Shown: positions 11,141 to 21,603, counted from the first letter of the stretch. The stretch is 64,000 nucleotides of DNA from an uncultured delta proteobacterium (GCA_963767925.1 CAVYGB010000002.1:1-64000); one strand, 5' to 3'. Made by a program: numbers and translations. The notes: generated by a model not told the origin, from the letters alone.

Positions 11141-12208
11141 ATGCCCGCTGACGACGCGTACGCCCTCATCCTGGCCGGCGGGGGGGGAACCCGGCTCTGG
11201 CCCGCCAGCCGCCGCAGCCGACCCAAGCAGCTCCTGGCGCTGGGGGGCAACGAATCCCTGCTGCGGGCCTCCTTCCGGCGGGCGGTGGCGGCCTTCGGGC
11301 TGCCCCGGACCCTGGTGGTCACGGCCGCCGATCAGGCCGACGGCGTGCGGGCAGAGCTGCCCGAGCTGCCGGCCGCCAACCTGATCGCCGAGCCGGCCCC
11401 GCGCAACACGGCCGCGGCGGTGGGCCTGGGCGCGGCGGCGGTCGAGCGGCGAGCGGGGGCGCAGGCCGTGCTGGCGGTGCTCCCCTCGGACGCCTTCATC
11501 GGCAACGAGGTGGCCTTCTCCGGCGTGCTGGGGACGGCGGTGGCGGAGGCGAAGAGCGCCATCGTCACCATCGGCCTCCGCCCCACCCACCCCGAGACCG
11601 GCTTCGGCTACCTGCGCCTGGGGGCGCCGCTGCGGCCGCCGGTGTTCGAGGCGGGCGCCTTCGTTGAGAAGCCAGATCTGGCCACCGCCCGCCGCTACCT
11701 CGAGGCCGGCAGCTACCTCTGGAACTCGGGGATGTTCTTCCTGACCGCCGGACGCATGCGCGAGGAGGCCGGCCGCCACATGCCGGCCCTGGGCCAGGCC
11801 CTCGATCGCTTCGTGGCCGCGCCCGACTTCGCGGCGGCGGTCCAGGCGGAATATGCCGGCGTGCCCGCCACTTCGATCGACTACGGCATCATGGAGAAGG
11901 CGCAGGGGATCCGGGTGGTGGCCGGGGACTTCGGCTGGAACGACGTCGGGAGCTGGGCCGCCCTCGGCAGCATCCGCAGCGCGGACGCCGACGGCAACGT
12001 GGTCAGCGGCGAGGCCATCGTCACCGACTGCTCGGGCAGCATCGTCATGAGCGAGCCGGGGGCGCCGCTGATCGGCGTCGTCGGGGTGGAGGACCTGGTT
12101 GTCGTCGCCACCCGGGACGCGGTGCTGGTCGTGCGCAAGGGCGAAGCCCAGGAGGTCCGCAAGATCGTCGAGGCGCTCAAGGCCCGAGGGCGCACCGACC
12201 TGCTCTGA
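11141..12208 (+). CDS. manC: Mannose-1-phosphate guanylyltransferase
   Basis: ILAGGGGTRLWPASR..PKQ, EPAPRNTA, FVEKPD, WNSGMF, SIDYGIMEK, GWNDVGSW. Confidence 0.95.
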   Translation: MPADDAYALILAGGGGTRLWPASRRSRPKQLLALGGNESLLRASFRRAVAAFGLPRTLVVTAADQADGVRAELPELPAANLIAEPAPRNTAAAVGLGAAAVERRAGAQAVLAVLPSDAFIGNEVAFSGVLGTAVAEAKSAIVTIGLRPTHPETGFGYLRLGAPLRPPVFEAGAFVEKPDLATARRYLEAGSYLWNSGMFFLTAGRMREEAGRHMPALGQALDRFVAAPDFAAAVQAEYAGVPATSIDYGIMEKAQGIRVVAGDFGWNDVGSWAALGSIRSADADGNVVSGEAIVTDCSGSIVMSEPGAPLIGVVGVEDLVVVATRDAVLVVRKGEAQEVRKIVEALKARGRTDLL

Positions 12209-12287
12209 CGGCGACGCGGACGCCCGCCCCCATCGATCCCCGGTCCGCGCAGACGCGCGCCCGACGACACCTGGGGCGACCGCTCGC

Positions 12288-13304
12288 TCAGTCCAGCGGG
12301 AGGGTCTCGCCGACCAGCCAGCTCATGAGCGCGGCCTGGATCTCGGGGCCCGCCACCAGGTAGACGTACGCGCTCAGCGACAGGAAGGGGCCGAAGGGGA
12401 CCTCGGTGCGTCGGATCGGCACGGGGATATCGGCCTCTCCGTGCGAGACGGTCTGGGAGGCGCCGGCCTCGATCACCGTGATCGGGGACGGGCCCGCGGC
12501 GGTGACGGGAGGCGCGGCCGGCGGGGTCCCGGGGCTGGCGCCGGCGGCGGTGGGGGGTGCGGCGGCGGCGTTGCGCTCCTCGCGGCGGCGCTGGACGAGG
12601 AGCACCGGGATGCTGACCAGCACGCCCACGAAAGAGGCGGCGAAGATGACCGCGGGGAGCGCCCGCCAGCCCAGCAGGGCGCCGATGACCGCCAGCAGCT
12701 TGCCGTCGCCCAGGCCCAGCCCCTCGCGCCCGGTGAGGTAGTAGTAGCCGTCGGCGATGATGCGGACCGCGAGGTAGCCGGCGGCGGCGCCGATCAGGCG
12801 CTCGAGCCAGGGCACGTCGCCGGTGGCGAACCCGGCCAGGAAGAACACCGCGACCGAGGGCAACGTGATCACGTCGGGCAGGCGTTTCGTGTCGAGATCG
12901 ATGAACGACAGCACCAGGAGGACGCCGGTGAAGGCGAACCCGACCGCGTAGCGGGCCAGGCGGACGCCGGGCGGATCTTCGGGGGCCATCACCACCAGCT
13001 TCCAGAACAGCAGCAGGCTGGTGGCGGCGCCCAGCACCTCGATGAGGGCGTAGCGGGCGGAGAAGTGGGCCCCGCAGTCGCGGCAGCGGCCGCGCAGGAT
13101 CAGGTACGACAGGATGGGGATGTTGTCCCGGGGGCGGACCGGCCGGTTGCACGCACCGCAATGCGAGCCCGGGCGCACCACCGACTCGCCGCGCGGGACG
13201 CGGGCGATGCAGACATTATAGAAGCTGCCCCACAATGCCCCCAGCACGGCCGCGGCGATGGGCCCCAGAGGGGTGTCGAGGATCGGGGCGGCAAGCGCAT
13301 CCAC
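12288..13304 (-). CDS. pilD: Prepilin peptidase/N-methyltransferase (A24), with Pro/Ala insert
   Basis: GSFYNVCI, two CxxC pairs, IDLD, GLGDGKL, PFGPFL. Confidence 0.93.
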   Translation of the reverse strand: MDALAAPILDTPLGPIAAAVLGALWGSFYNVCIARVPRGESVVRPGSHCGACNRPVRPRDNIPILSYLILRGRCRDCGAHFSARYALIEVLGAATSLLLFWKLVVMAPEDPPGVRLARYAVGFAFTGVLLVLSFIDLDTKRLPDVITLPSVAVFFLAGFATGDVPWLERLIGAAAGYLAVRIIADGYYYLTGREGLGLGDGKLLAVIGALLGWRALPAVIFAASFVGVLVSIPVLLVQRRREERNAAAAPPTAAGASPGTPPAAPPVTAAGPSPITVIEAGASQTVSHGEADIPVPIRRTEVPFGPFLSLSAYVYLVAGPEIQAALMSWLVGETLPLD

Positions 13305-13360
13305 CTTTCAACGGTAACACGCCGCCCCGCCGAACAAGGTAGAGGCTGTGCTAACGTTGG

Positions 13361-14284
13361 GTGGCCTTGCGCCACGTTATATCTGACCAGGCTCCCGAGC
13401 GTCTCCTTCCCCCGCCGGCCCTGCTCCCGCTGCTGGGACTGGCCGCCTGCGCGCTGGCCTGCGGCCGCTCGCCCGACAGCGAGGCCAGCGGACCGGAGGA
13501 AGAGATCGAGAACGCCCTCAACCCGAGCCTGCTGGCCCGGGCGCTCGCCCGCGGGGGCGGCGGCCAGTACCGGGCGGTCACGACCGAGGAGGTCACAGGG
13601 CCGCCGGATCCCGAGCGGCCGCCCGGCGAGAACACCAACGGCGCGTTGACGACGAACACGAACCTCTGGATGGATCGCATCGGCCACTACCGCATGGTCG
13701 AGAGCAACGACGGCGACGGCGGGCGCGAGGTGATCCTGCACAACCGCCAGCTCGCGGTGGCCCTCCGCTACGGCAAGCTCATCCGCCGCCCGGCCCACGA
13801 GCCGGAGCCGACCCGCTTCCTCGAGGAGGCGCTGGGGGGCCCCTGGACGGCCTGGGAGATCGCCCGCCGCTTCGCCGACGTGAAGCGGACCGAGGACCCG
13901 GCCACCGCCCAGATCGTGTACACGCTGAGCAAGGCGGCCGTCCCCCGGGCCGTGCGCGGAGGCTTCGAGAGCGCCTCGCCCCTGCGCAAGTGGCGCGAGA
14001 CCATCGCCCTGCAGAGCCTGCGCGGGGAGGTGCGTCTGGAAAAAGCGACCGGTTTCCTGGTGAGCGCCCGCCTGGAGGCGCGGTTCACCGCCCGCCGGGA
14101 CGGGGTGCCCCTTTCGGGATTGGTCCGGGCTGACGCCAATGTCCGTGATCGGGGCCGCGTGGCGCCCATCTCTCCACCCCCGGCGGAGGAGCTAAACGTC
14201 CGCCAGCGGACCATACTTGATGAGCGCGCGCTGATCGGACGGGCAGCCGGTGAGGGCGCAGGACGGGGCCGGGGAGGCCCCTAA
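13361..14284 (+). CDS. Hypothetical lipoprotein
   Basis: Hydrophobic signal with LAC lipobox; coding-like codon bias; start uncertain. Confidence 0.7.
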   Translation: MALRHVISDQAPERLLPPPALLPLLGLAACALACGRSPDSEASGPEEEIENALNPSLLARALARGGGGQYRAVTTEEVTGPPDPERPPGENTNGALTTNTNLWMDRIGHYRMVESNDGDGGREVILHNRQLAVALRYGKLIRRPAHEPEPTRFLEEALGGPWTAWEIARRFADVKRTEDPATAQIVYTLSKAAVPRAVRGGFESASPLRKWRETIALQSLRGEVRLEKATGFLVSARLEARFTARRDGVPLSGLVRADANVRDRGRVAPISPPPAEELNVRQRTILDERALIGRAAGEGAGRGRGGP

Positions 14285-14296
14285 CAGGGGGAGCTC

Positions 14297-15220
14297 ATGA
14301 GCGACGGTCCGAACCAGAAGCCAGACGCCGACGGAAAACCCGATCCCAAAAATGGCGCGACCGGTGCTACCGGCCCGACCATCGAGGCCGAGCGGGTCGA
14401 GGTCCGCGATGCCAGCCGGCTGCAGTACCTGACCGCGAACCGCGGACTGGTCGTCAAGCGGTCCCTGCTGGCGACGGCGGTGGGCGGGGTCATCCCCATC
14501 CCGGTCGTCGACGACTACATCGCCAGCCGGGTGCGGGCCGGGCTGCTGATGAAGCTGGCCGAGCAGCGCCAGGTCGATCTGCCCCAGTCGGCGGCGGAGC
14601 TGATGGGCGACCCTCGCGAGGGCTCGACCCTGCGCAACGCCACCATCACCGCCATCACGCTGGTGGCGCTCAAGCTGGCCTGGCGCAAGGTCTTCGCCCT
14701 GCTGGCCGTCGGGCGCGGGGCCGAGGAGATGGCCAGCACGTTCCAGTTCGCCACCCTGTTCGATCACTACTGCGCCAAGCTCCACGTGGGGGCGGCCATC
14801 GACCGGCAGCGGGCCTCCGAGCTGCGGGCGCTGATCCACCAGACCGTCGACCGCACCGAGAAGGAGGCGCTCACCGCCATCTTCCGCGACGGCAGCAAGA
14901 TCCTGGGGCGCTCGCTGCTCGAGGCGCCGCGCTGGCTCACGACCCGGCTGGGCACCCTCGCACAGCGTTGGACCTCCACGCGCGGCGACGTGGCGGCGAC
15001 GTTCGATCCGACGGCGGATGTGGCCGGCCCCGGCCAGTCGCAGTGGCTGGACCGCGCGTCAGCGGCCATCGAAGGGCGCCTGGGGCTGCTGGGCTCGGAC
15101 TACCTGACGTTGCTGATCGAGGACTTCGAGCGGCGCTGGGCCGAACGCCCGCCGAGCGACGCGGCAGCCACCCCGACCGAGGGCAAGCCCGGCCCGACCC
15201 CGCCCACCGCGGCCTCCTGA
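14297..15220 (+). CDS. Hypothetical protein (DUF697-like helical motif)
   Basis: RBS GGGGAG + ATG; GGVIPIPVVDD motif. Confidence 0.75.
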   Translation: MSDGPNQKPDADGKPDPKNGATGATGPTIEAERVEVRDASRLQYLTANRGLVVKRSLLATAVGGVIPIPVVDDYIASRVRAGLLMKLAEQRQVDLPQSAAELMGDPREGSTLRNATITAITLVALKLAWRKVFALLAVGRGAEEMASTFQFATLFDHYCAKLHVGAAIDRQRASELRALIHQTVDRTEKEALTAIFRDGSKILGRSLLEAPRWLTTRLGTLAQRWTSTRGDVAATFDPTADVAGPGQSQWLDRASAAIEGRLGLLGSDYLTLLIEDFERRWAERPPSDAAATPTEGKPGPTPPTAAS

Positions 15221-15331
15221 ACCGGGGCGTTTTTCGGCGGTTTTTCGGGGTCCGGTCTCGACCGGGCCCGGGCTGCGGCGATTTGCAGCGGGATTGAGAC
15301 GCGGGGCACGGTCTGCTAGGCTTGACTCATA

Positions 15332-16126
15332 TTGCAGAGGAAAAAGGCCGGCAAGAAGAAGACCGCCCCGCTCAAGGCCCGCCCGCGCGATGATCGCCGC
15401 CCGCGCCCTCCCTCGGCGTCGGCCGCGCCGGCTGCGGACAAGCGCCCAGGTAGCAAGAGTGACGGCAAGAGTGACGGCAAGAGTGGCGGCAAGTTTGGCG
15501 GCAAGTTTGGCGGCAAGAGTAGTAAGGGCGGCAAGAGTGGCAAGGCCGCCAAGGGGTTGGCCAGCGCGGCCCGGGACAAGCGCCCAGGTGGCAAGAGTGA
15601 CGGCAAAAGCGGTGGCAAGGGTGGCGGCAAGATTGGCAAGGGCGCCCGGAGTGGCAGGCCAGCCGTAGCCGCCAGCACCGAGTCGGCCCTGCCCGAGCAG
15701 GTGCGCTCGGTGGCCCGGACCCGCCAGGTCCAGGAGGCCAAGCAGGCCGCCGAGGCGGCGATCGAGGCGGCCCTCGACAAGAAGGCGCTGCTACCGGTGC
15801 TGCTCGACGTGAGCGCCCGCGCCAGCTACACGGACTTCATCGGCGTGGTCAGCGGGCGCTCCGACCGTCAGGTGGAGGCCATCGCCGAGCACGTCATCCG
15901 GACGCTGACCGCGCGCGGCTGGCGCCTGCTGGGCCGGGAGGGCAACGGCAACGGCCGCTGGACGCTGCTCGACTTCGGCGACATCATCCTGCACGTCTTC
16001 TTCCATCCGGTCCGCGAGTTCTACGACATCGAGAGCCTCTGGATCGACGCCCCCCGGATCAAGCTGAAGGTGCCGCCCGAGGCCAGCCAGCTCCGCGAAG
16101 AGACGCTGTTTTACGAGCAGCCGTGA
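15332..16126 (+). CDS. rsfS: Ribosome silencing factor with long Lys/Gly-rich N-terminal extension
   Basis: DKKA, YTDF..SGRSDRQVEAIA, WTLLDFGDIILHVF, REFYDIESLW; overlaps rlmH. Confidence 0.9.
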   Translation: MQRKKAGKKKTAPLKARPRDDRRPRPPSASAAPAADKRPGSKSDGKSDGKSGGKFGGKFGGKSSKGGKSGKAAKGLASAARDKRPGGKSDGKSGGKGGGKIGKGARSGRPAVAASTESALPEQVRSVARTRQVQEAKQAAEAAIEAALDKKALLPVLLDVSARASYTDFIGVVSGRSDRQVEAIAEHVIRTLTARGWRLLGREGNGNGRWTLLDFGDIILHVFFHPVREFYDIESLWIDAPRIKLKVPPEASQLREETLFYEQP

Positions 16127-16545
16127 AGATCCAGGTCCGGGCGGTCGGTCGGATGCGCGACCGCCGGATGGAGGATCTCTGCGCCGAATACCTCAAGCGG
16201 GCCAGCCGCCACCTGCCGGTCGAGGTGCTGGAGGTGGCCGAAGGCGGCGAGCTGCTGCGCAACCTGCCCGCCGGGGCCGAGGTCATCGCCCTCGATCCGG
16301 GCGGTGAGAGCTGGGCGAGCCGGGCCTTCGCGGATCACCTCGAGCGGGGCATGACGGGCGGGCGCAAGGCGGTGGTGTACCTCATCGGCGCCGCCGACGG
16401 CCTCCCGGCCGAGGTGCTGGCGCAGACGCACCGGCGCCTGTCGCTGTCGGCGCTGACCTTGCCCCACCGGCTGGCCCGGGTGGTGCTGTGCGAGCAGATC
16501 TACCGCGCCCTGTCCCGGATTCGCGGCGAGCCCTACGACCGCTGA
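16123..16545 (+). CDS. rlmH: 23S rRNA m3-pseudouridine1915 methyltransferase
   Basis: IGAADG, LSLSALTLPHRLARVVLCEQIYRA..GEPY; rsfS-rlmH synteny. Confidence 0.93.
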   Translation: MKIQVRAVGRMRDRRMEDLCAEYLKRASRHLPVEVLEVAEGGELLRNLPAGAEVIALDPGGESWASRAFADHLERGMTGGRKAVVYLIGAADGLPAEVLAQTHRRLSLSALTLPHRLARVVLCEQIYRALSRIRGEPYDR

Positions 16546-16654
16546 GGGTCCGGGGGGCGACGGGCGGCGCGACGGCGGCCGGCGGTGCGAAGGCGGCGGC
16601 GGGCGGCGCGAAGGCGGCCTCGGGCCGGTTGGCGGATCGTCGCCGGGCGGGCAG

Positions 16655-17830
16655 TCAGGACGCGGCGGTGGCGAGGTGGGTGGTGAGGGCGACGAGTTCG
16701 GCGAGGCGGCGGCCGGCACGGCCCGGGTGCTCGGGGGCGGGCGGCTCGGCGCCGAGGCTGGCGCGGGCATCGTGGACGCTGCCGGGGCGCTCCTGCAGCA
16801 CCTGGGTGACGGCCGGGCGCAGGTCGAGGTGGTCCGGGGGCAGCGGCAGGCCCTCGGCGGCGGCCAGCCCGAGATGGAAGGCGCCCCAGACCACGAGGAG
16901 GTCGTCGGGCCGGGTGAATGCCTGCCAGGATTCGCGCCAGCCGGCGAGGCTGTCGCCGGCGAGGAGAGTGGCGGCCGTGAGATCGACGTGGCTGGGGGTG
17001 TGGGGGGCGAGCGGACGGCGGGGGGCCACCAGCGCCTGGTAGGTCTCGCCGGTGGCGGGGCGCCGGGCCAGCCAGTGCACGACCTCGGGGTCCTGCCGGT
17101 CGGGGTCGTACCGGGACCAGCCGTTGGCCTCCCCCTGCACGCACAGGAGGCGGGGCCAGGCGGCGGCGAGGCGGGCGGCGAGACGGGCGCGGGGACCGCG
17201 GGGGCCGGCGCCGACGCGGCGGTGGCGGCGGGTGTGGACCTCCGTCTCGAACCAGCGCTGGCGCTCGACCATGGCGGCGAAGGGGTCGAGCAGGCGCTGG
17301 AAGCGGGCGCCGTCCGGCTCGAGCGCCTCGAGCACCTCGGCCAGGGCTTCGATGGTGGACAGGCAGAAGTCGGCGGGCTGGCGGCGGATGAGATAGCCGC
17401 TCGGGTGGCGCGGGCGGAAGGCCACCCGGGGCAAGGCAGCGACGGCGGGGTTGAGGCGCAGCAGCTTGCGGGCCTGGGCCCAGGTCCCGTCGAGCACGAC
17501 CAGCGTGATGGGGCGGTCGCGGGGGAGCCTGTCGATCGGCAAGGCCTCCGGGCCCGGGAAGAGCACGTGGGGCGGCGCCGCGGGCGCCGGGTCCTGCAGC
17601 AGGGCGCGCACCACGGGATCGGCGGAGAAGTCGACGCCCACCCGCAACACCGAGCCGGCCAGGGCCAGGTGGGCCATGCGGGCCGTGCCGATCCCGACCC
17701 GGCTCTCGCGCGCGTGCTGCAGCAGCAGCACCTGCGTGCGGGTCGGCAGCACCGTGATCCGCGCGCAGACGCAGACCCCGAGCGGACGCCGGCAGCGAGG
17801 ACAATAGGGACGCGGAGCGGCCAGGCTCAT
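16655..17830 (-). CDS. DTW-domain tRNA aminocarboxypropyltransferase-like protein with C-terminal extension
   Basis: CPRC..CVC, LLQH..E, LDGTWAQARKL, LSTIEA. Confidence 0.88.
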   Translation of the reverse strand: MSLAAPRPYCPRCRRPLGVCVCARITVLPTRTQVLLLQHARESRVGIGTARMAHLALAGSVLRVGVDFSADPVVRALLQDPAPAAPPHVLFPGPEALPIDRLPRDRPITLVVLDGTWAQARKLLRLNPAVAALPRVAFRPRHPSGYLIRRQPADFCLSTIEALAEVLEALEPDGARFQRLLDPFAAMVERQRWFETEVHTRRHRRVGAGPRGPRARLAARLAAAWPRLLCVQGEANGWSRYDPDRQDPEVVHWLARRPATGETYQALVAPRRPLAPHTPSHVDLTAATLLAGDSLAGWRESWQAFTRPDDLLVVWGAFHLGLAAAEGLPLPPDHLDLRPAVTQVLQERPGSVHDARASLGAEPPAPEHPGRAGRRLAELVALTTHLATAAS

Positions 17831-18507
17831 CCAGGCTCGGGGGTGGGGAGCGCCGGGGCGCGGTCGCGGGTGAGGTCGACGGTGAGGGCGCGGGCGCGGC
17901 GGCACATGCGGGGCGACAGGTCGACGCCGACGGCGTCGAGGCCGAGGGCGTTGGCCACCGCGAGCACGGTGCCCCAGCCGCAGAAGGGGTCCACCACCCG
18001 CCGGGTGGGGGTCTCGTCGCGGATGAAGCGGCAGGCCTGGTAACAGGCCTCCACGCCCATCGCCTTGCGCCCGGGCACCCGGCCGCCGTCGGGCAAGACG
18101 TCGGTGCCGGGGCGGGTCGCGGGCGGCAGCACCTGGCGGGAGAAGCCGAGCAGGTGGGCGTAGCTGGCCCGCCCGAAGGTCGCTGTGCCGGGGGGCTTGC
18201 GGCAGACGATGCGGTGGAACAGCAGGCCCATGCCGGCGCGCTCGGCGGCGCGCGCACAGAGGTGACCCTTGTCCACCCAGCGGCCGCCGTGGCGGACGTC
18301 GCTCTGGAAGAAGATCGCCACCCCCTCGTCGGGCACCGCGCGCAAGGTGAGCTCGGCGGCCTCCTCGAACCAGCGGCGCCAGCCGTCGAAGCCCAGGGTG
18401 GGCAGCTCGGACACGTCGGGCAGGGAGGTCACCACGCTGGCCCCCACGAGCGGCGTGTTCTCGCGCAGCCAGCCGAGGGCGTCGCCCTGGTGAACCGTCC
18501 TCGACAT
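17827..18507 (-). CDS. SAM-dependent methyltransferase, N4/N6 DNA-methylase-like fold
   Basis: VHQGDAL, VTSLPD, VVDPFCGWGT; ATGA overlap with the DTW gene. Confidence 0.8.
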   Translation of the reverse strand: MSRTVHQGDALGWLRENTPLVGASVVTSLPDVSELPTLGFDGWRRWFEEAAELTLRAVPDEGVAIFFQSDVRHGGRWVDKGHLCARAAERAGMGLLFHRIVCRKPPGTATFGRASYAHLLGFSRQVLPPATRPGTDVLPDGGRVPGRKAMGVEACYQACRFIRDETPTRRVVDPFCGWGTVLAVANALGLDAVGVDLSPRMCRRARALTVDLTRDRAPALPTPEPG

Positions 18508-18602
18508 CGGGAACCCGACACCTTACCGTACCGCCGCGGCCCCGGGCGGTACGCCGCACGCCGGGCTTGCCTCCCTGCCCCGCCCTCCTAGAATGCGCGG
18601 CC

Positions 18603-19496
18603 ATGAACCTGTCGCGGCGTGGCTTTCTCTACACCATGGCCGGGACGGCGCTGGCCCCCCGGCCCCTCCTCGCAGCGGCGCCCCGGGCGACCCGGGGCAA
18701 GTCGCTGTTCGACGGCAAGAGCCTGGCGGCCTGGGACACCTGGCTGGGCACGCCCCACAAGACCGTCACCGACCTCGACCACCCCCGCAACGAGCAGGGC
18801 GAATACGTCGGCGTTGTCGGGCTGAACAAGGACCCCAAGAAGGTCTATTCGGTGGCCACGGTCGACGGCGAGCCGGCCATCCGGATCTCGGGCGAGCTGT
18901 TCGGGGCGCTCACCAGCAAGGAGGAGTTCGGCGACTTCCACCTCAGCCTCGAATACAAGTGGGGCGAGAAGAAGTGGGCCCCCAAGGACAAGGCCGCCCG
19001 CGACAGCGGCATCCTCTACTACTGCGTGGGTGAACACGGGGCCGACGGCCGGGGCAAGTTCTGGATGCGCTCGCTCGAGTGCCAGATCCAGGAGCACGAC
19101 ACCGGCGACTTCTGGAGCCTGGTGGGTGTCACGGTGGACGTGGAGGGCGACCGGGAGACGCCGACCGCGGCGGTCAAGTACCGCAAGGGCGGCACGCGCT
19201 ACGCCCTGCCGGGGCCCGACCTGCCCCGCCGGGTGTTCAAGTCCGAGGAGAACGAGAAGGAGAACGCCTGGAACCAGGTGGAGATCCTGTGCCTGCGCGG
19301 GACCTGCCTGCACGTGGTCAACGGCAAGGTGAACCTGGTGCTGGAGAACCCTCGGGTGCCCTCGGAGAGCCCGGACGGCAAGCCGACGCCCCTGCGCCGC
19401 GGCCGCCTGCAGATCCAGTCGGAGGGGGCGGAGGTGTTCTACCGCCGCCTGACGGTCCGCCCGCTCAAGGCCTTCCCCGCCGCCTACCGCCCCTGA
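18603..19496 (+). CDS. DUF1080 (3-keto-disaccharide hydrolase family) protein with Tat signal
   Basis: SRRGFL, LFDGKSL..W, LEYKWG, RDSGI, ECQIQE, QSEGAEV. Confidence 0.9.
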   Translation: MNLSRRGFLYTMAGTALAPRPLLAAAPRATRGKSLFDGKSLAAWDTWLGTPHKTVTDLDHPRNEQGEYVGVVGLNKDPKKVYSVATVDGEPAIRISGELFGALTSKEEFGDFHLSLEYKWGEKKWAPKDKAARDSGILYYCVGEHGADGRGKFWMRSLECQIQEHDTGDFWSLVGVTVDVEGDRETPTAAVKYRKGGTRYALPGPDLPRRVFKSEENEKENAWNQVEILCLRGTCLHVVNGKVNLVLENPRVPSESPDGKPTPLRRGRLQIQSEGAEVFYRRLTVRPLKAFPAAYRP

Positions 19497-19530
19497 CAGC
19501 GCGGGCGAGGCGGGTTGCGCCGGCGCGCGC

Positions 19531-20124
19531 TCAGAAGGTGAGGCGGCAGGTCGCGGAGGCGAGGCCCGCGCCACAGGCCAGGCCGGGGGCCCGGGCGGCG
19601 CGGCGCGGAGCGGGGGGCGGCGCCGGCGGCTCGGACGAGGCGTCCGGCGTGGTGAGCTTGACGATCAGGGCGGTCACGGCCAGCGCGCCGGCGGCGGCGA
19701 AGCCGATGGTGGCCCAGCGGTGCGCGCGGGCGCCGTCGGCCAGCAGCTCGGCGCAGCCGGATGGGCCGGAGCTGGGGGTGCCCTTCACGCAGCGATCGCC
19801 GGCGTCGTCGCTGCTCTCCGGGGCGATGAAGGCGTTGAACTCGCGGTACTTCTGGCTCTCGAGCACCTTGAGGCTGAGGCCACCGATGAGGGCGAGGCCG
19901 GCGCCCCCGGCGGCCACGCCGAAGACCACCCGGCGCCAGCGCGGGCCGGGCTCGACGAGGGGCGGCGAGGAGTGGGGAGACGGCGGCAGTGGGCCGAACA
20001 GCGCCCCTTCGCCGGGGTCGGGCGCACCTTCGTCGACGGCGGGCGGCTGGGCGCGGGCTTGCACAGAGAGGCTCACAAGCAGGGCCGTCACGGACACGGC
20101 TGCCAGGCTGGGACGGCTGCGCAT
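19531..20124 (-). CDS. Hypothetical exported/membrane protein
   Basis: Signal peptide, two TM segments, ends CRLTF. Confidence 0.65.
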   Translation of the reverse strand: MRSRPSLAAVSVTALLVSLSVQARAQPPAVDEGAPDPGEGALFGPLPPSPHSSPPLVEPGPRWRRVVFGVAAGGAGLALIGGLSLKVLESQKYREFNAFIAPESSDDAGDRCVKGTPSSGPSGCAELLADGARAHRWATIGFAAAGALAVTALIVKLTTPDASSEPPAPPPAPRRAARAPGLACGAGLASATCRLTF

Positions 20125-20205
20125 GGAGACCTTTTTCGGCCGGAGTGGGGGGAAAGTTGTGCCGCCTGGCCTTTGGCCGGCGCCCCCCTGTAAACTGGAA
20201 CGGTT

Positions 20206-20751
20206 GTGTCAATCGGCAAGCGCCTCATAGACCTGGCCCGCAGCGAGCTGAACTCGCTGCTCGACCGGGCCTCCCAGATCGACGACGAGGAGCAGGAGAG
20301 CCCGGAGGGTTCCCCGCCGCCGCCTCGCGACACAGGGCGCGGCGGCCGCCGCGTGCGTCTCGAGGACCTGAGCGACTCCGAGCTGGAAGCAGAGATCGAG
20401 CGCCGCCGCCTGGACCGGGAGATGGACGCGCGCGCGGGCCAGGCGCCTCGCCCGGGCGCCCAGGCGACCGGCGGGACGGCGGGGGCCCGCCCGAGCTGGC
20501 GGGAGAGCGCGCGGGCCAGCGCGGGGCCAGCGCGGCCCCGCCCTGTCGATCCGATCGCCCGGGCCTACGCCTCGCTGGAGGTCAAGCCGGGATCGGACTT
20601 CGATACCGTGCGGCGTGCGTACCGGGGGATGATGCGCAAGTACCACCCCGACCGCCACGCCTCCAGCCCCGAGAAGCAGAAGGCGGCCAACGAGCTGGCC
20701 CAGAAGCTGACCGACGCCTACAAGACCCTCGACCGCCACCTCCGGCGTTGA
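20206..20751 (+). CDS. C-terminal J-domain protein
   Basis: AYASLEV..VRRAYR..KYHPD..LTDAY. Confidence 0.88.
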   Translation: MSIGKRLIDLARSELNSLLDRASQIDDEEQESPEGSPPPPRDTGRGGRRVRLEDLSDSELEAEIERRRLDREMDARAGQAPRPGAQATGGTAGARPSWRESARASAGPARPRPVDPIARAYASLEVKPGSDFDTVRRAYRGMMRKYHPDRHASSPEKQKAANELAQKLTDAYKTLDRHLRR

Positions 20752-20820
20752 GGGCGCTGCTCTGGCGGCGGGTGCCGGCGGCGCACCCGATCAGCGGGCC
20801 AACCGGCGACCGGTCTCCCG

Positions 20821-21570
20821 CTACTTGGCCTTGCCCTGGTGGGCGACGCCCTTGATGGCCGCTTCCACGGCGGCGGGGTCGCCCAGGTAGCGGTGGCGGA
20901 TGGGGCGCAGGTTGTCGTCGAGCTCGTAGTGGAGCGGGATCCCGGTGGGGATGTTCAGCTCGACGATGTCCTGATCCGAGACGTTGTCCAGGTACTTGAC
21001 CAGGGCCCGCAGGCTGTTGCCGTGGGCGGCGATGATGACCCGCTTGCCCGACTTGATGGTGGGGGCGATCCGCTCGTGCCAGTAGGGCAAGAAGCGGTCG
21101 ACCGTGTCCTCGAGGCACTCGGTGAGCGGCAGCTCCGAGGACGACAGGCCCTGGTAGCGGGGGTCGTGGCCCGGGTAGCGCGGGTCGGAGGTATCGAGGG
21201 GAGGCGGCGGGATGTCGTAGCTGCGCCGCCAGATCTTGACCTGATCCTCGCCGAACTTGGCGGCGGTCTCGGCCTTGTTGAGGCCCTGCAGGGCCCCGTA
21301 GTGGCGCTCGTTGAGGCGCCAGGAGCGCTCGACCGGCAGCCAGAGCAGGTCCATCTCGTCGAGGGCCAGGTACAGCGTGCGGATGGCCCGCTTGAGCACC
21401 GAGGTGAAGGAGGTGTCGAAGGTGAACCCCTCGCGCTTGAGCAGCTGGCCGGCGGCGGCGGCCTCCTGGCGACCCTTGTCCGAGAGGTCGACGTCGGTCC
21501 AGCCGGTGAACCGGTTCTCCCGGTTCCACTCGCTCTCACCGTGTCTCAGCAGCATCAGTCCGTAGGGCAT
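20821..21570 (-). CDS. gpmA: 2,3-BPG-dependent phosphoglycerate mutase
   Basis: [34 protein letters not shown]. Confidence 0.97.
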   Translation of the reverse strand: MPYGLMLLRHGESEWNRENRFTGWTDVDLSDKGRQEAAAAGQLLKREGFTFDTSFTSVLKRAIRTLYLALDEMDLLWLPVERSWRLNERHYGALQGLNKAETAAKFGEDQVKIWRRSYDIPPPPLDTSDPRYPGHDPRYQGLSSSELPLTECLEDTVDRFLPYWHERIAPTIKSGKRVIIAAHGNSLRALVKYLDNVSDQDIVELNIPTGIPLHYELDDNLRPIRHRYLGDPAAVEAAIKGVAHQGKAK

Positions 21571-21603
21571 TTTCGCTCCGGGGGTTCGGTCGGGGAGAGG
21601 GTC

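Noticed and set aside
17827..18507. Restriction-modification system
   Set aside because: Non-canonical catalytic motif and no endonuclease neighbour.
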